Source: Candidatus Kuenenia stuttgartensis
GTDB taxonomy: Bacteria > Planctomycetota > Brocadiia > Brocadiales > Brocadiaceae
Direction of reading: 5' to 3'
NCBI RefSeq assembly: GCF_900232105.1
Contig: NZ_LT934425.1
Span: 1,920,001 to 1,952,000 of the forward strand
Length of the DNA: 32,000 bases
Shown here piece after piece: positions 8,368-17,605 of this stretch (its first letter is position 1; each line of letters begins with the position of its first letter). The notes beneath the pieces were generated by a model. It did no database searches and was not told the DNA's origin. It saw only the letters and a list, made by a program, of their open reading frames with translations. Position numbers and translations under genes: made by a program.

Positions 8368-8575
8368 AAAGGCTTAAATTTGCCATATTTGAAATAAAAC
8401 GTGTTTATGAAAAACCGGACGAGGGTGCTGGGATAGGGTATTGATTGATCGTCTATGGCCACGGGGACTCAAGAAAGAAGATGCCGCCAAAGATTATTGA
8501 ATGAAAGAGATTGTTTCCTTTGCAGGAAGGCTGTGTGTTGAAAGGGGAAAAGTTACATTTACAGGCAACCAATTA
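8368..8575 (+). pseudogene. decayed paralogue of the DUF488 + small-ORF pair
   Basis: Nucleotide similarity to 2781-2930 and about 3190-3250. Start ATG is now ATA (8385-8387), there is a 1-bp deletion (gggatagggt vs gggataagggt), and about 250 bp of internal sequence is missing. Confidence 0.7.
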
Positions 8576-8609
8576 TATAATGCACATAAAATAAATTTAA
8601 AAAAGGGGG

Positions 8610-9101
8610 ATGATAAGGATGACAAAGTTAGATCCAATTGTAGAATTTAGAGAAGACCACCGAAAGGTAAGGGACGGATTACTTGAATTAATGGAAGCCT
8701 TGCAATCAAAGGATGTTGTTACGGCAAGGAAAATACTTGGCAAAATAAACGTGGCTGTCGGCCCACATTTTCGATATGAGGAAGAAACTCTTTATCCCGC
8801 ACTGCGGGTATTATTAGGCGAGCACGTAGACCAGTTAATAAAGGAGCATGATGGCGTAATAGCTACTGCCCGTTCTTGTGCTGAGCTATTAAAGAAGGAT
8901 AGCCTGACAGATGAAGAGGCAAAAAAGGCGACCACGGCAGCAAGGGAGCTTTTAGTCCACGTCTCAAACTGTGACGGTTTGTCCATACTTTCCGAAAGAT
9001 TGAGTAAAAAGGAAGTTGATAATTTAAGCGAGAAACTTGCTGCCGCAAGAAAGGCAGGCGTACCTTTACTGGATTGGGCAGAAACCATAAGAGGCAAATG
9101 A
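8610..9101 (+). CDS. hemerythrin-like (HHE cation-binding) domain protein
   Basis: F.EDH.K..D.L.EL... H.RYEEE.LYP.L ... EH pattern. The start may be the second ATG at 8619. Confidence 0.55.
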   Translation: MIRMTKLDPIVEFREDHRKVRDGLLELMEALQSKDVVTARKILGKINVAVGPHFRYEEETLYPALRVLLGEHVDQLIKEHDGVIATARSCAELLKKDSLTDEEAKKATTAARELLVHVSNCDGLSILSERLSKKEVDNLSEKLAAARKAGVPLLDWAETIRGK

Positions 9102-9109
9102 AATAAACC

Positions 9110-9523
9110 ATGGAGACAGATAAGAAAGGTTTGGCGATCATATTTCATAGCGGTTCTTACGACCGCATTTATCACGGTTTTTCCATAGTCCTTGTAGCCC
9201 TGGCATTAGGCAGAGAGGTAAGGTGTTTTTTTACCTATTGGGCATTAGAATATCTGATAAAAGGAAAGTCTGTGTTCCAGCTTAATGAAGAGGGACAGAC
9301 TCACAGGAAACTATTAGAAGCGCATATGAGAAAGGGCCATATTCAGGAAATATCTGAACTTTTAACTCAATCTAAGGCAATGGGTGCAAAGTTTTATGTG
9401 TGTACCAATTCTATGGGCTTGTTAAACATATCGCGGGATGAACTTGTAAATGAGGTTGATAAGAGTATGGGGTTAACCACATTTCTTGCAGAGACGGGTC
9501 AGGATCAAATCCTGTTTATTTAA
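9110..9523 (+). CDS. DsrE/DsrF-like family protein
   Basis: 137 aa. LAIIFHSGSYDRIYHGFSIVLVALALGREV..FFTYWAL and FYVCTNSM resemble the DsrE/F-like sulfur-relay fold family. Assignment is by eye only. Confidence 0.5.
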   Translation: METDKKGLAIIFHSGSYDRIYHGFSIVLVALALGREVRCFFTYWALEYLIKGKSVFQLNEEGQTHRKLLEAHMRKGHIQEISELLTQSKAMGAKFYVCTNSMGLLNISRDELVNEVDKSMGLTTFLAETGQDQILFI

Positions 9524-9648
9524 TTTATGAAAGAATGATAAAAGAAAAATAACTTGCAATTTTTCTTTATTTTTCTAAATTGATCATTTGATGAAAAAAA
9601 GTAATTTCCTATCATCTATCATCTAAAAAAGAAGAGTGGGCTTTGCGT

Positions 9649-10287
9649 ATGAACGAGAATGTAATCGCTAACAAAAATAATTTTTTGAAGGTCAAAAAAC
9701 GCCAGATCAGTGACGAACAAATCCGTAAATTTGAGGGATATGCCGCCGAGATATTTACCACGCTGGGGCTGAATTTGAATACCGCAGCCACAAAGGAAAC
9801 GCCCCACCGTTTTATCAATGCTCTTATCGAGTCGACTGAGGGTTATGACGGCGATCCTAAATTAGTTAAGGTGTTTGAAACCGAGTGCCGCGGCGGGCCC
9901 GATTGTCGCCTGAGTCAGATAATCGAAGGCCCGATTCGCTTTTTCGCGCTCTGCGAACATCACTGCCTGCCGTTTTACGGCGTGGTCTATGTCGGCTATA
10001 TCTCACATGAACATATTATCGGTCTTTCCAAACTCACGCGTCTGGTGCATCTTTTTTCGCGTCGTTTTGAGGTACAGGAACGAATCGGTCAGCAGATCGC
10101 CGACACCCTCAACCAACTTCTTCTTCCTCACGGCGTCGCTGTATACATTGAGGCGCATCACTTATGCGTCGAGATGCGCGGCGTTAAAGAAATCTCTTCC
10201 ATTAGCCGCACGACGTTTTGGCGTGGAAATTATGATGGCGATCCGGCGCTGCGGGCGGAATTTCTGGCGGCATGCGGAAAGAAATAA
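9649..10287 (+). CDS. folE: GTP cyclohydrolase I
   Basis: FALCEHHCLPFYG...YI....I.GLSKL.R.V..FSRR.QVQERI..QIA..L......GV.V.IEA.H.C..MRGV, the canonical FolE core. ATG at 9649 is within the ORF-track start at 9643 (TTG). Confidence 0.9.
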   Translation: MNENVIANKNNFLKVKKRQISDEQIRKFEGYAAEIFTTLGLNLNTAATKETPHRFINALIESTEGYDGDPKLVKVFETECRGGPDCRLSQIIEGPIRFFALCEHHCLPFYGVVYVGYISHEHIIGLSKLTRLVHLFSRRFEVQERIGQQIADTLNQLLLPHGVAVYIEAHHLCVEMRGVKEISSISRTTFWRGNYDGDPALRAEFLAACGKK

Positions 10288-10311
10288 TGATAGTATAACG
10301 CGAGGACTTTG

Positions 10312-11076
10312 ATGTCGACATTGCAAAACACAAAACGAGCATATTTGATCACCGGTGCAGCCAATCGGATCGGCCGGACATTAGCACTAAATCTAGCTCA
10401 TCAAGCCTCCGTCGTAGTCATTCATTATCGCTCGTCTCAATCCGCCGCTGAAGAATTGGCCAAAGAAATCCGCGACAACGGAACCACGACCTTTACAATT
10501 GCCGCAAACCTTGAATCCCCTGCTGAGGCGCAAAATCTGCTCAAGCGAGTATGGGATATAGCAGGTCCGATAGATGTGCTAATTAACAATGCCTCTATTT
10601 TTGAAACCGGCCGCCTTACTGAAATTTCAATGGACGACATCCAGCGTAACATGATGACCAATGCCTTCGCTCCGTTTCTGCTTTCCCGTTCGTTTGCCCG
10701 GTTGAACAAGGATCGTGCGTCGGCCGTGCTGCCGGTAATCATTAATTTTCTTGATTCACGTATTACCGGGTACGACCGTCAGCACGTCGCGTATCATCTG
10801 GCGAAGCGCGCACTCTTTGCGCTGACAAAAATGATGGCGCTAGAATTTGCCCCTAATGTCCGCGCCAACGCTATTGCGCCGGGTCTGATACTGCCGCCGG
10901 CCGGTAAAGATCGGGCTTATCTTGAGCAGCTTAAATCCGCCAATCCACTCAATAGCATCGGTAGTGCCGACCAGATCACGACTGCCGTCCGCTTTCTGAT
11001 CGATAACGAATTTGTCACCGGCCAGGTCATTTATGTCGATGGCGGCAGACACCTTATTGGCAATACGTACGGATAA
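10312..11076 (+). CDS. short-chain dehydrogenase/reductase, pteridine (dihydromonapterin/PTR1)-reductase-like
   Basis: ITGAANRIGR glycine motif, NNAS, YxxxK (YHLAKRAL) and IAPG. Lies between folE and folB. Confidence 0.65.
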   Translation: MSTLQNTKRAYLITGAANRIGRTLALNLAHQASVVVIHYRSSQSAAEELAKEIRDNGTTTFTIAANLESPAEAQNLLKRVWDIAGPIDVLINNASIFETGRLTEISMDDIQRNMMTNAFAPFLLSRSFARLNKDRASAVLPVIINFLDSRITGYDRQHVAYHLAKRALFALTKMMALEFAPNVRANAIAPGLILPPAGKDRAYLEQLKSANPLNSIGSADQITTAVRFLIDNEFVTGQVIYVDGGRHLIGNTYG

Positions 11077-11192
11077 AGAGTTATGGTATCTCTCAAAAAA
11101 AACAGTGTAAAAACCCGTTTTTAATTTATCTAAAGCCAGCCTTTATGCGGGCTTTACTTTCTAACAAATAGCATTTACCATGAAATTTTGAG

Positions 11193-11579
11193 ATGATACG
11201 ATTTATGGATAGAGAAAAGCTCGACAAAATTAGTATTACCGATCTGCTGCTTCGATGCGTTATCGGCCTAAACGACTGGGAACGCACGCAAAAACAGGAT
11301 GTGCTAATCAACATTACTCTTTATGCCGATTTGAGTCGTCCCTGTAAAAGCGACCGCATCAAAGATTCCATTGACTACAAAGAAATTAAAAAACAGGTAA
11401 TCACAATAGTGGAAAGCTCAAGTTTCTATCTCGTTGAGCGGCTGGCAGACAGCATCGCGCAGATTTGTCTTACACACCCGGTCGTCAAGGCCGTAACTAT
11501 ACGAGTTGATAAACCCGGTGCACTGCGATACGCAAAAAGCGTCAGTGTTGAAATTTTCAGGATGCGCAACGATGACTGA
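11193..11579 (+). CDS. folB: dihydroneopterin aldolase
   Basis: GLNDWER...Q......L..D...........D.IDY......I.......S.F.L.E.LA..IA...L and V.V.KPGAL pattern typical of FolB. Confidence 0.8.
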   Translation: MIRFMDREKLDKISITDLLLRCVIGLNDWERTQKQDVLINITLYADLSRPCKSDRIKDSIDYKEIKKQVITIVESSSFYLVERLADSIAQICLTHPVVKAVTIRVDKPGALRYAKSVSVEIFRMRNDD

Positions 11580-12114
11580 AATATTGCATACTAGGCCTGT
11601 GGTCGATGCCTTTATTGCCGTTGGCTCAAATATTGATCCGCAGGACAACATTTGCCGAGCCTTAACTATGCTCTGCACACAAATGCCGATTGCCGCCATA
11701 TCGAATTTTTACAAGACCGTCGCAGTCAGTGCCTCTGAGCAACCTGATTTTCTAAACGGCGTTGTCAGAATTAAAACCGATCATCAACCGCGCGAAATAA
11801 AATTTGATATCCTGCGAAAAATTGAAGTACGCCTTGGCCGCGTGCGCTCTGTAGATAAATTCGCACCACGAACTATCGACCTCGACCTCATTCTGTACGG
11901 AACATCAGTAATTAATGATCCCGATCTTCGCCTGCCAGATCCGTCAATTTACACTTATTCGTTTGTGACCGTTCCACTTATAGAACTTGCACCTGACCTT
12001 GTCCTGCCGGATACCGGCAAACAACTTTCAACCGAACCTGTAACAAAACTTAAAATCGCCCTGCACCTTGAAAGCGAATTCACCGACATGCTTCGCCGCC
12101 TCATTTTGCGTTGA
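11572..12114 (+). CDS. folK: 2-amino-4-hydroxy-6-hydroxymethyldihydropteridine pyrophosphokinase
   Basis: AFIAVGSNI.P, S..Y.T..V....QPDFLN.V..I.T, E..LGR.R...FAPRTIDLDL.LYG. ATG 11572 overlaps the folB stop (ATGACTGA). Confidence 0.85.
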   Translation: MTEILHTRPVVDAFIAVGSNIDPQDNICRALTMLCTQMPIAAISNFYKTVAVSASEQPDFLNGVVRIKTDHQPREIKFDILRKIEVRLGRVRSVDKFAPRTIDLDLILYGTSVINDPDLRLPDPSIYTYSFVTVPLIELAPDLVLPDTGKQLSTEPVTKLKIALHLESEFTDMLRRLILR

Positions 12115-12285
12115 CAGGCTACTCATTGAATAAAAATGCTAAAACTTAATAACATTGGGGTAGTAAGGAAGAGTGATATCGTCTATTGTGTAAGCTATCT
12201 TGTCGGGACCAGGGGCTAAAGATTACATATTATGGAAGAATTGCTAAAGTAACTTTATGGAAAATAAATATATAAAAAATGCGCT

Positions 12286-12816
12286 ATGAAGAAACCTGTA
12301 ATCTTTACCATTGGCCATTCTACTCGGCAAATAGATGAATTTATAAAACTGTTGCAGATATACAGCGTTAAAGTAGTGGTGGATGTGAGGACAATACCGA
12401 AATCTCGCCATAACCCACAATTTAATGAAGAGGATCTCAAGCAATCATTGCGGAAGGTGCATATCCGTTACAAGCATCTAAAGAAGCTTGGTGGATTGCG
12501 CCACACAACAAAAGATTCGTTAAATCTCGGTTGGCGCAACGCCTCATTTAGAGGATTCGCCGATTACATGGCAACGCCTGAATTTTCAGAAGGTTTGGAA
12601 AGCCTTATAAAGATCGCTAGTTTGAGAGAAACAACTATCATGTGTGCCGAAGCCGTGCCGTGGCGATGTCACCGCTCGCTCATTGCCGACGCACTCACGA
12701 AAAGAGGGTGGACAGTGAAAGACATCATGAGTCGCACCTCCGCCACAAAGCACCGCCTGACCCCTTTTTTGAAAGTAAAGAAAGGGCAACTCATATATCC
12801 CGGACCTAAAACATGA
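12286..12816 (+). CDS. DUF488 domain-containing protein (long form)
   Basis: TIGHST....F..LL......VVDVR..P.SR.NP.F and CAE..PWRCHR..IAD.L, the DUF488 signature. Confidence 0.8.
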   Translation: MKKPVIFTIGHSTRQIDEFIKLLQIYSVKVVVDVRTIPKSRHNPQFNEEDLKQSLRKVHIRYKHLKKLGGLRHTTKDSLNLGWRNASFRGFADYMATPEFSEGLESLIKIASLRETTIMCAEAVPWRCHRSLIADALTKRGWTVKDIMSRTSATKHRLTPFLKVKKGQLIYPGPKT

Positions 12817-13325
12817 TTCGCTATAGATACAAGAAGCCGGTAATACTTTTCGTGGGTATTAATCCCCATCCCGGATCGTTCAATCGTCGCGTGCCGTTTT
12901 CCAACAATAAGCTCTTTTGGTACCTCCTCTCGGAAGCCGGTCTCATTAAGGAGAAAAGAGAAGAATTACGTGACGACAAGACACTGGAGCGTGTCTACAA
13001 AGAAAAATTTAATACGGTATATGAGCTTGGATTCGTGAACATTATTGATAGACCGACACGAGATATAACAGGGATTAAGAAGCACGAGGAGTTGCCCGGA
13101 CGTAAAAAGATTTCTCGTATTATAAAAGCCGAGATGCCGAAGGTGGTCTGCTTCATCGGCAAAGTCACTTATGAAAAGTACGCCGGATCAAAGGATTTCT
13201 CTTTTGGCTGGCAAGAAAATATAGGCGCGTCAAAAGTCTTTGTCATGCATTTCCCTTTACGCGGCGAAGCCCTTATTAGAGTCCGGGAATTGCAAGAGAT
13301 TAAGCGAACTATCCAAAGTCTATGA
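12813..13325 (+). CDS. uracil-DNA glycosylase superfamily protein, Mug/TDG-like
   Basis: ILFVGINPHPGS...PFS...N.FW.LL.EAGL ... N...RPT ... GK..YE aligns with my recollection of E. coli Mug. The start overlaps the DUF488 stop (ATGA). Confidence 0.7.
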   Translation: MIRYRYKKPVILFVGINPHPGSFNRRVPFSNNKLFWYLLSEAGLIKEKREELRDDKTLERVYKEKFNTVYELGFVNIIDRPTRDITGIKKHEELPGRKKISRIIKAEMPKVVCFIGKVTYEKYAGSKDFSFGWQENIGASKVFVMHFPLRGEALIRVRELQEIKRTIQSL

Positions 13326-13647
13326 TACTGGGTTCATTGGTAGTGGTTTAGTTATATGGGTATATGTGCCGTAAATCAAGCATTCAATCAAAGAGCACTG
13401 TTCCACTGGCATCAGTCGTCGGACGTATGCGCTCTGGTTTTTGGTCGCCTTACTTCTTTTGATTCACGCAGTTATGATTATGATCCGCGACATCGTCTTT
13501 ATTTTATTGCAAGCGGTCAACGCACCCCTTACTTTGGTGATTCTTCTTTTTACAGGGAAATATAAAAAAGGAATATGTCCAATTCACAAAATTGGAAAGA
13601 ATCCGTTTTGATATATGGAATTTTTTAAGTTGTAGCCGCAAATTACG

Positions 13648-13676
13648 TTTACAAGAAACCGCTGAATTGATATAAT
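13648..13676 (+). promoter_or_regulatory. sigma70-like promoter candidate TTTACA-N17-TATAAT
   Basis: TTTACA at 13648-13653, a 17-nt spacer, and TATAAT at 13671-13676. The downstream ATG (13686) is only 9 nt after the -10 box and has no SD, which would give a near-leaderless mRNA. Confidence 0.35.
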
Positions 13677-13685
13677 TAACCACAT

Positions 13686-14396
13686 ATGAAACTAAACCTT
13701 ATTCGTAGAAAAACGGAAGCTCCGGATGTCGAATCGTTTGTCTTCAGTCCCACAGAACCTCTCACCTGGAAAGCCGGACAGTTTCTCCACTATGTACTCC
13801 ATCACGAGCCGACAGATAATCGTGGCTCAGATCGGTGGTTTACGGTAGCCTCGGCTCCGTTTGAGAAAGAGATAATGATTACGACAAGGCTAACTAGCGA
13901 AAAAGGGAGCAGCTTCAAGGCTGCACTTAACGCTTTACAGGTAGGCGAGTCGATAGAAATATCCGACATAGACGGCGATTTCATCGTGGACGATCCGACG
14001 CAGGAGTATGTCTTCATCGCAGGCGGTATCGGCATCACACCATTCCACTCCATACTTAAAGAAGCGGATCACGTAGATCTAAAACTACACGCAACGTTAT
14101 TGTATGCCAACCGCGATCACAACATCCCATATAAAGAGGGGTTGGAGAAATTCGCAAAAAATAATCCAAACCTTGTCATGCATTATGTCATCGCTCCCGA
14201 GCGTATAGACGAAAACACATTTAAAAAACTGGTGCCGGATATACAAACACCAGTCTTTTATGTTTCGGGTCCCACGCCGATGGTGGAGAGCCTGGGTGGC
14301 ATCTTAAAAAGAATGGGTATTGCGGCAGATCGTATAAAGCAGGATTATTTCCCAGGCTATACTGACGAACTGTATTCTGCTCGAAATACATTCTAA
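13686..14396 (+). CDS. ferredoxin-NADP reductase-like FAD/NAD(P)-binding oxidoreductase
   Basis: RWFTVASAP (RxYS-type FAD motif), FIAGGIGITPF (NAD(P) motif), and a C-terminal YVSGP...M. Confidence 0.7.
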   Translation: MKLNLIRRKTEAPDVESFVFSPTEPLTWKAGQFLHYVLHHEPTDNRGSDRWFTVASAPFEKEIMITTRLTSEKGSSFKAALNALQVGESIEISDIDGDFIVDDPTQEYVFIAGGIGITPFHSILKEADHVDLKLHATLLYANRDHNIPYKEGLEKFAKNNPNLVMHYVIAPERIDENTFKKLVPDIQTPVFYVSGPTPMVESLGGILKRMGIAADRIKQDYFPGYTDELYSARNTF

Positions 14397-14440
14397 TTTT
14401 GTCCAACAAACACCGTAAATAAATTTGCTATAATCGAATT

Positions 14441-15575
14441 ATGACCAATGAAAAATTAATACAATCGGGTGTTGCGGGTGGAATTGCCGCTGCCTTCAAC
14501 GCGCCTATTACCGGTATATTTTTAGCGTTGGAGATTATTTAGGAGAACCTGAACGTAAACGCCTTTGGCATCGTTGCATTGGCGGCAGCCGTGGCCGCGT
14601 CTGTGTTTACTCTGGTCGTATCAGGGGCTCCTCCTGCGTTTCACATCCCTGCATATACAATTAACTCAGCATGTGAATAGTCGCTCTATTTTGTGTTAGG
14701 AGTGCTCTCCGGGCTTAGTGCTGCATTCTATATTCGCTTGCATCATTTCACGCGGGATATCTTTGATACATGGAATGCCCCGCGCTGGTTTAAACCAGTT
14801 GCTGCCGGTCTCGCCGTTAGCCTCGTTGGAATTTATCTACCGCAGGTGCTTAGCACAGGTTATGCAACAACTGGAAATATCTTAGACGGCAAACCGCTTT
14901 CGGTTACTCTCCTGCTTTCGCTGGCATTATCCAGACTGGTGCTAACGCCGATTTGTATCTGTGGTGGTTTCCACGGCGGTGTGTTTGCGCCTGCCCTTTT
15001 TTCCGGTGCTTCACTTGGGGCTGCTTATGGACTCGTTGCTAAACAGGTTTTTCATTCTCTCAACATTTCACCACCTGCCATTGTGATGGTCGGGTGGCGG
15101 CCGTCCTTGCAGGCACAATACGTGCACCGATTGCCTCGTTCATGTTACTATTTGAAATGACTCATGGTTATCGGATCATTCTGCCGTTGATAGCTGCGGT
15201 AAACGTCAGCACGATTCAGTATATACCTTGGGATTGACGTTCAAGGGTATACGTCTGCAACGATGGCGTGACGTTGACGTTTTGGAAACAATTACGGTTG
15301 ACAATGTCATGGAGACGGAGATCGACACTTTGCGGGAATCTGATTCGTTGACAGTGGCAATCGATTTACTTATGCGTAAACGATATCACGGCTTACCAGT
15401 GCTCAATGACGATGGTGAATTGACTGGCATTATCACCGTGCAAGATATTGATCACATACAGAGTGACGGTAGTGATATGATGCACACCATAGGTTTGCTG
15501 CGCAATACCGGTATTGCACGCACCTACGATCTGGCAGTAACCCGCCGTGCTGCAATTCGGCATAGTGCTTATTAA
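14441..15575 (+). pseudogene. ClC-type chloride channel with CBS domains, 5'-truncated and decayed
   Basis: GGIAAAFNAPITGIFLALEII, then TAG (14540-14542). A second in-frame stop near 14677. A frameshift near 15093 (MAAVLAGTIRAPIASFMLLFEMTHGY is in another frame). CBS-like ORF at 15228-15575. The first ~180 codons of a typical ClC are absent. Confidence 0.8.
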
Positions 15576-15682
15576 GTGCGACTAAGGGAGTTTGATTATG
15601 CAGAAATTTTTAAATCGAATCAATGATATACCATCGTCGTTTTGATTACTTTACGAAGAATGCATAAGGAGAATGTAAAACA

Positions 15683-15841
15683 ATGGAAAGATACAAATGT
15701 ATAATTTGTGGATATATCTACGACCCTAAATTTGGTGATCCTGACCATGGAATTAATCCTGGCACAAGCTTTCAGAATTTACCTGATGATTGGGTCTGTC
15801 CTCTGTGTGGCGCTCCAAAGGAACAGTTTGAACAAATTTGA
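15683..15841 (+). CDS. rubredoxin
   Basis: 52 aa, [40 protein letters not shown]. Both CxxCG knuckles are present. Too short to appear in the supplied ORF track. Confidence 0.9.
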   Translation: MERYKCIICGYIYDPKFGDPDHGINPGTSFQNLPDDWVCPLCGAPKEQFEQI

Positions 15842-15949
15842 AATTTTTGATTGAATGAGTAAAAAGGGTATTTCCTTTGTTTTTCTCAAAGCAAGGTTTT
15901 GGCGTATTTATCAGTTACTATAATAACGGATTCACAAGGAAACAGACGT

Positions 15950-16297
15950 ATGGATCAGGATAAGAAACATGCTCATATCACAACACTTGGATCTAAACCT
16001 GCACGATTAATTGATTTGATAAATTACCAGGATTGCTCAGTGGTGAGCCGGGAGATCATGACTAAAAAGACAGGAACTATAACGGTGTTCGCCTTTGATG
16101 AAGGGCAGGGGTTGAGTGAACATACCGCGCCATTCGATGCCTTAGTTTATCTTCTTGAGGGTGAAGTGGAAATTGTTATATCTGGCAATCCCCTTCGCCT
16201 GAAAGAGGGCGAAATTGTTATCATGCCAGCCAACCAACCACATGCGCTGAAAGCAATAAAAAAATTTAAGATGCTGCTGACTATGATAAGGTCTTAA
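15950..16297 (+). CDS. cupin domain protein
   Basis: G.GLSEHTAPFDALVYLLEGEVEI.I.G....LKEGEIVIMPANQPHAL. ATG 15950 is preferred over the upstream alternative start at 15899. Confidence 0.7.
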   Translation: MDQDKKHAHITTLGSKPARLIDLINYQDCSVVSREIMTKKTGTITVFAFDEGQGLSEHTAPFDALVYLLEGEVEIVISGNPLRLKEGEIVIMPANQPHALKAIKKFKMLLTMIRS

Positions 16298-16396
16298 TTT
16301 CATTGCCCAGTGATACTGTATAATGGGCAAGGGTGGATTAAGGCCGATAGGCCGAATCCACCGGAATAATTTTAGATTTATTCGAAGGTATCAGTC

Positions 16397-17605
16397 ATGG
16401 AATCCAAAAAAAATATCGTTGTCGTGGGAGCAGGCTACGGAGGAATTACGTCTGTATTGCGATTAGCAAGGTTGTTCCGTAAGCACCCCGAATATCAAAT
16501 ACACCTTATAGATAGAAATCCCTATCATACGCTCAAGACACAATTACACGAGGCCGCCGTGCGAAAAAGGGAGGTATCTATTCCTATTAATCGCATTATA
16601 CAAGGGAGAAACATTATCTTTCATCTTGGAGAAGTAACCAGGATTGATGCGAAAGAACATATCGTTTACATGGAAGGCGGGGCTTTACCCTTTCATTACT
16701 TGGTAATTGCACTTGGAAGTCAGGTAAATTTCCATAACATCCCTGGATTACAGGAAAATTCTTTCTCGCTTCAGACATTGAGAGACGCCCAACAAATCTA
16801 TGCACATATTGATAAACTATGTGCACGTGCGGCATCAGAACCGAACGAGGAACTACGAAGAGATATGCTTCGGTTTGTCATTGGCGGTGGTGGTTTATCG
16901 GGGATAGAATTTGCCGCTGAACTTGCCGACTATACTGTTCATTGCACCCATAACTGTCACGTGAATTCTAATGAGGTTGAAATTATCATCGTAGAATCTG
17001 GTGACCACATAGTGCCAAGAATGGAGGCATCCTTTGCGACACGTATTCATAAAAAACTCCTTGAGAAAGGTGTAAAAATCATAACAAGAACAAAAATCAT
17101 TAGTCGGACATCAGACACTACAACTCTTTCATCGGGTGAAGTGGTGAAAACGAAAACGGTGATTTGGACGGGAGGCACTCGTATTCATGAACTCATTGGA
17201 GAAAGTGGAATGAAAATCGGACAATCAGGACGTATTGTTGTTGATGAGTTTCTTCAGGTAGAAGGTTATCCTTTCATTTATGCCATTGGTGATAATGCCC
17301 TTGCAATAAATCCCTACTCAAAACAACCTGTTCCCGCTGCTGCCCAGTTTGCATTACAGCAAGGACGATTGGTAGCATACAATGTCTACGCGGATATTTT
17401 TAGGGGCATGAGAAAACCATATCACCCAAAAGTTCTGGGTGAAGTCGTCAGCCTGGGAAGACATCTTGCCGTTGGATGGTTCGCACTCCCCTTACTGAAG
17501 AAAATTACCTTTGTTGGTTTTTTGGGAAGTCTTCTTAAAACAGCAATTCAGGAAAAACACATCTTTCTCTTAAGAAAAGAGAGTAGAAACTGGATAACAT
17601 ATTAA
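16397..17605 (+). CDS. type II NADH dehydrogenase-like FAD-dependent pyridine nucleotide-disulfide oxidoreductase
   Basis: IVVVGAGYGG (FAD GxGxxG), VIGGGGLSGIE (NAD GxGxxG), and IYAIGDNA. Confidence 0.75.
   Translation: MESKKNIVVVGAGYGGITSVLRLARLFRKHPEYQIHLIDRNPYHTLKTQLHEAAVRKREVSIPINRIIQGRNIIFHLGEVTRIDAKEHIVYMEGGALPFHYLVIALGSQVNFHNIPGLQENSFSLQTLRDAQQIYAHIDKLCARAASEPNEELRRDMLRFVIGGGGLSGIEFAAELADYTVHCTHNCHVNSNEVEIIIVESGDHIVPRMEASFATRIHKKLLEKGVKIITRTKIISRTSDTTTLSSGEVVKTKTVIWTGGTRIHELIGESGMKIGQSGRIVVDEFLQVEGYPFIYAIGDNALAINPYSKQPVPAAAQFALQQGRLVAYNVYADIFRGMRKPYHPKVLGEVVSLGRHLAVGWFALPLLKKITFVGFLGSLLKTAIQEKHIFLLRKESRNWITY

Noticed and set aside
13356-13565. 69-aa ORF, plus an overlapping frame encoding a hydrophobic two-helix peptide (YALWFLVALLLLIHAVMIMIRDIVFILLQAVNAPLTLVILLF).
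   Set aside because: The listed ORF has no motifs or SD. The hydrophobic frame lacks a clear start codon and SD. Neither can be supported from sequence alone.
16332-16362. Hairpin GGTGGATT...AATCCACC after the cupin gene, considered as a rho-independent terminator.
   Set aside because: The stem is real but is not followed by a T-tract, so it is not reported as a terminator feature.
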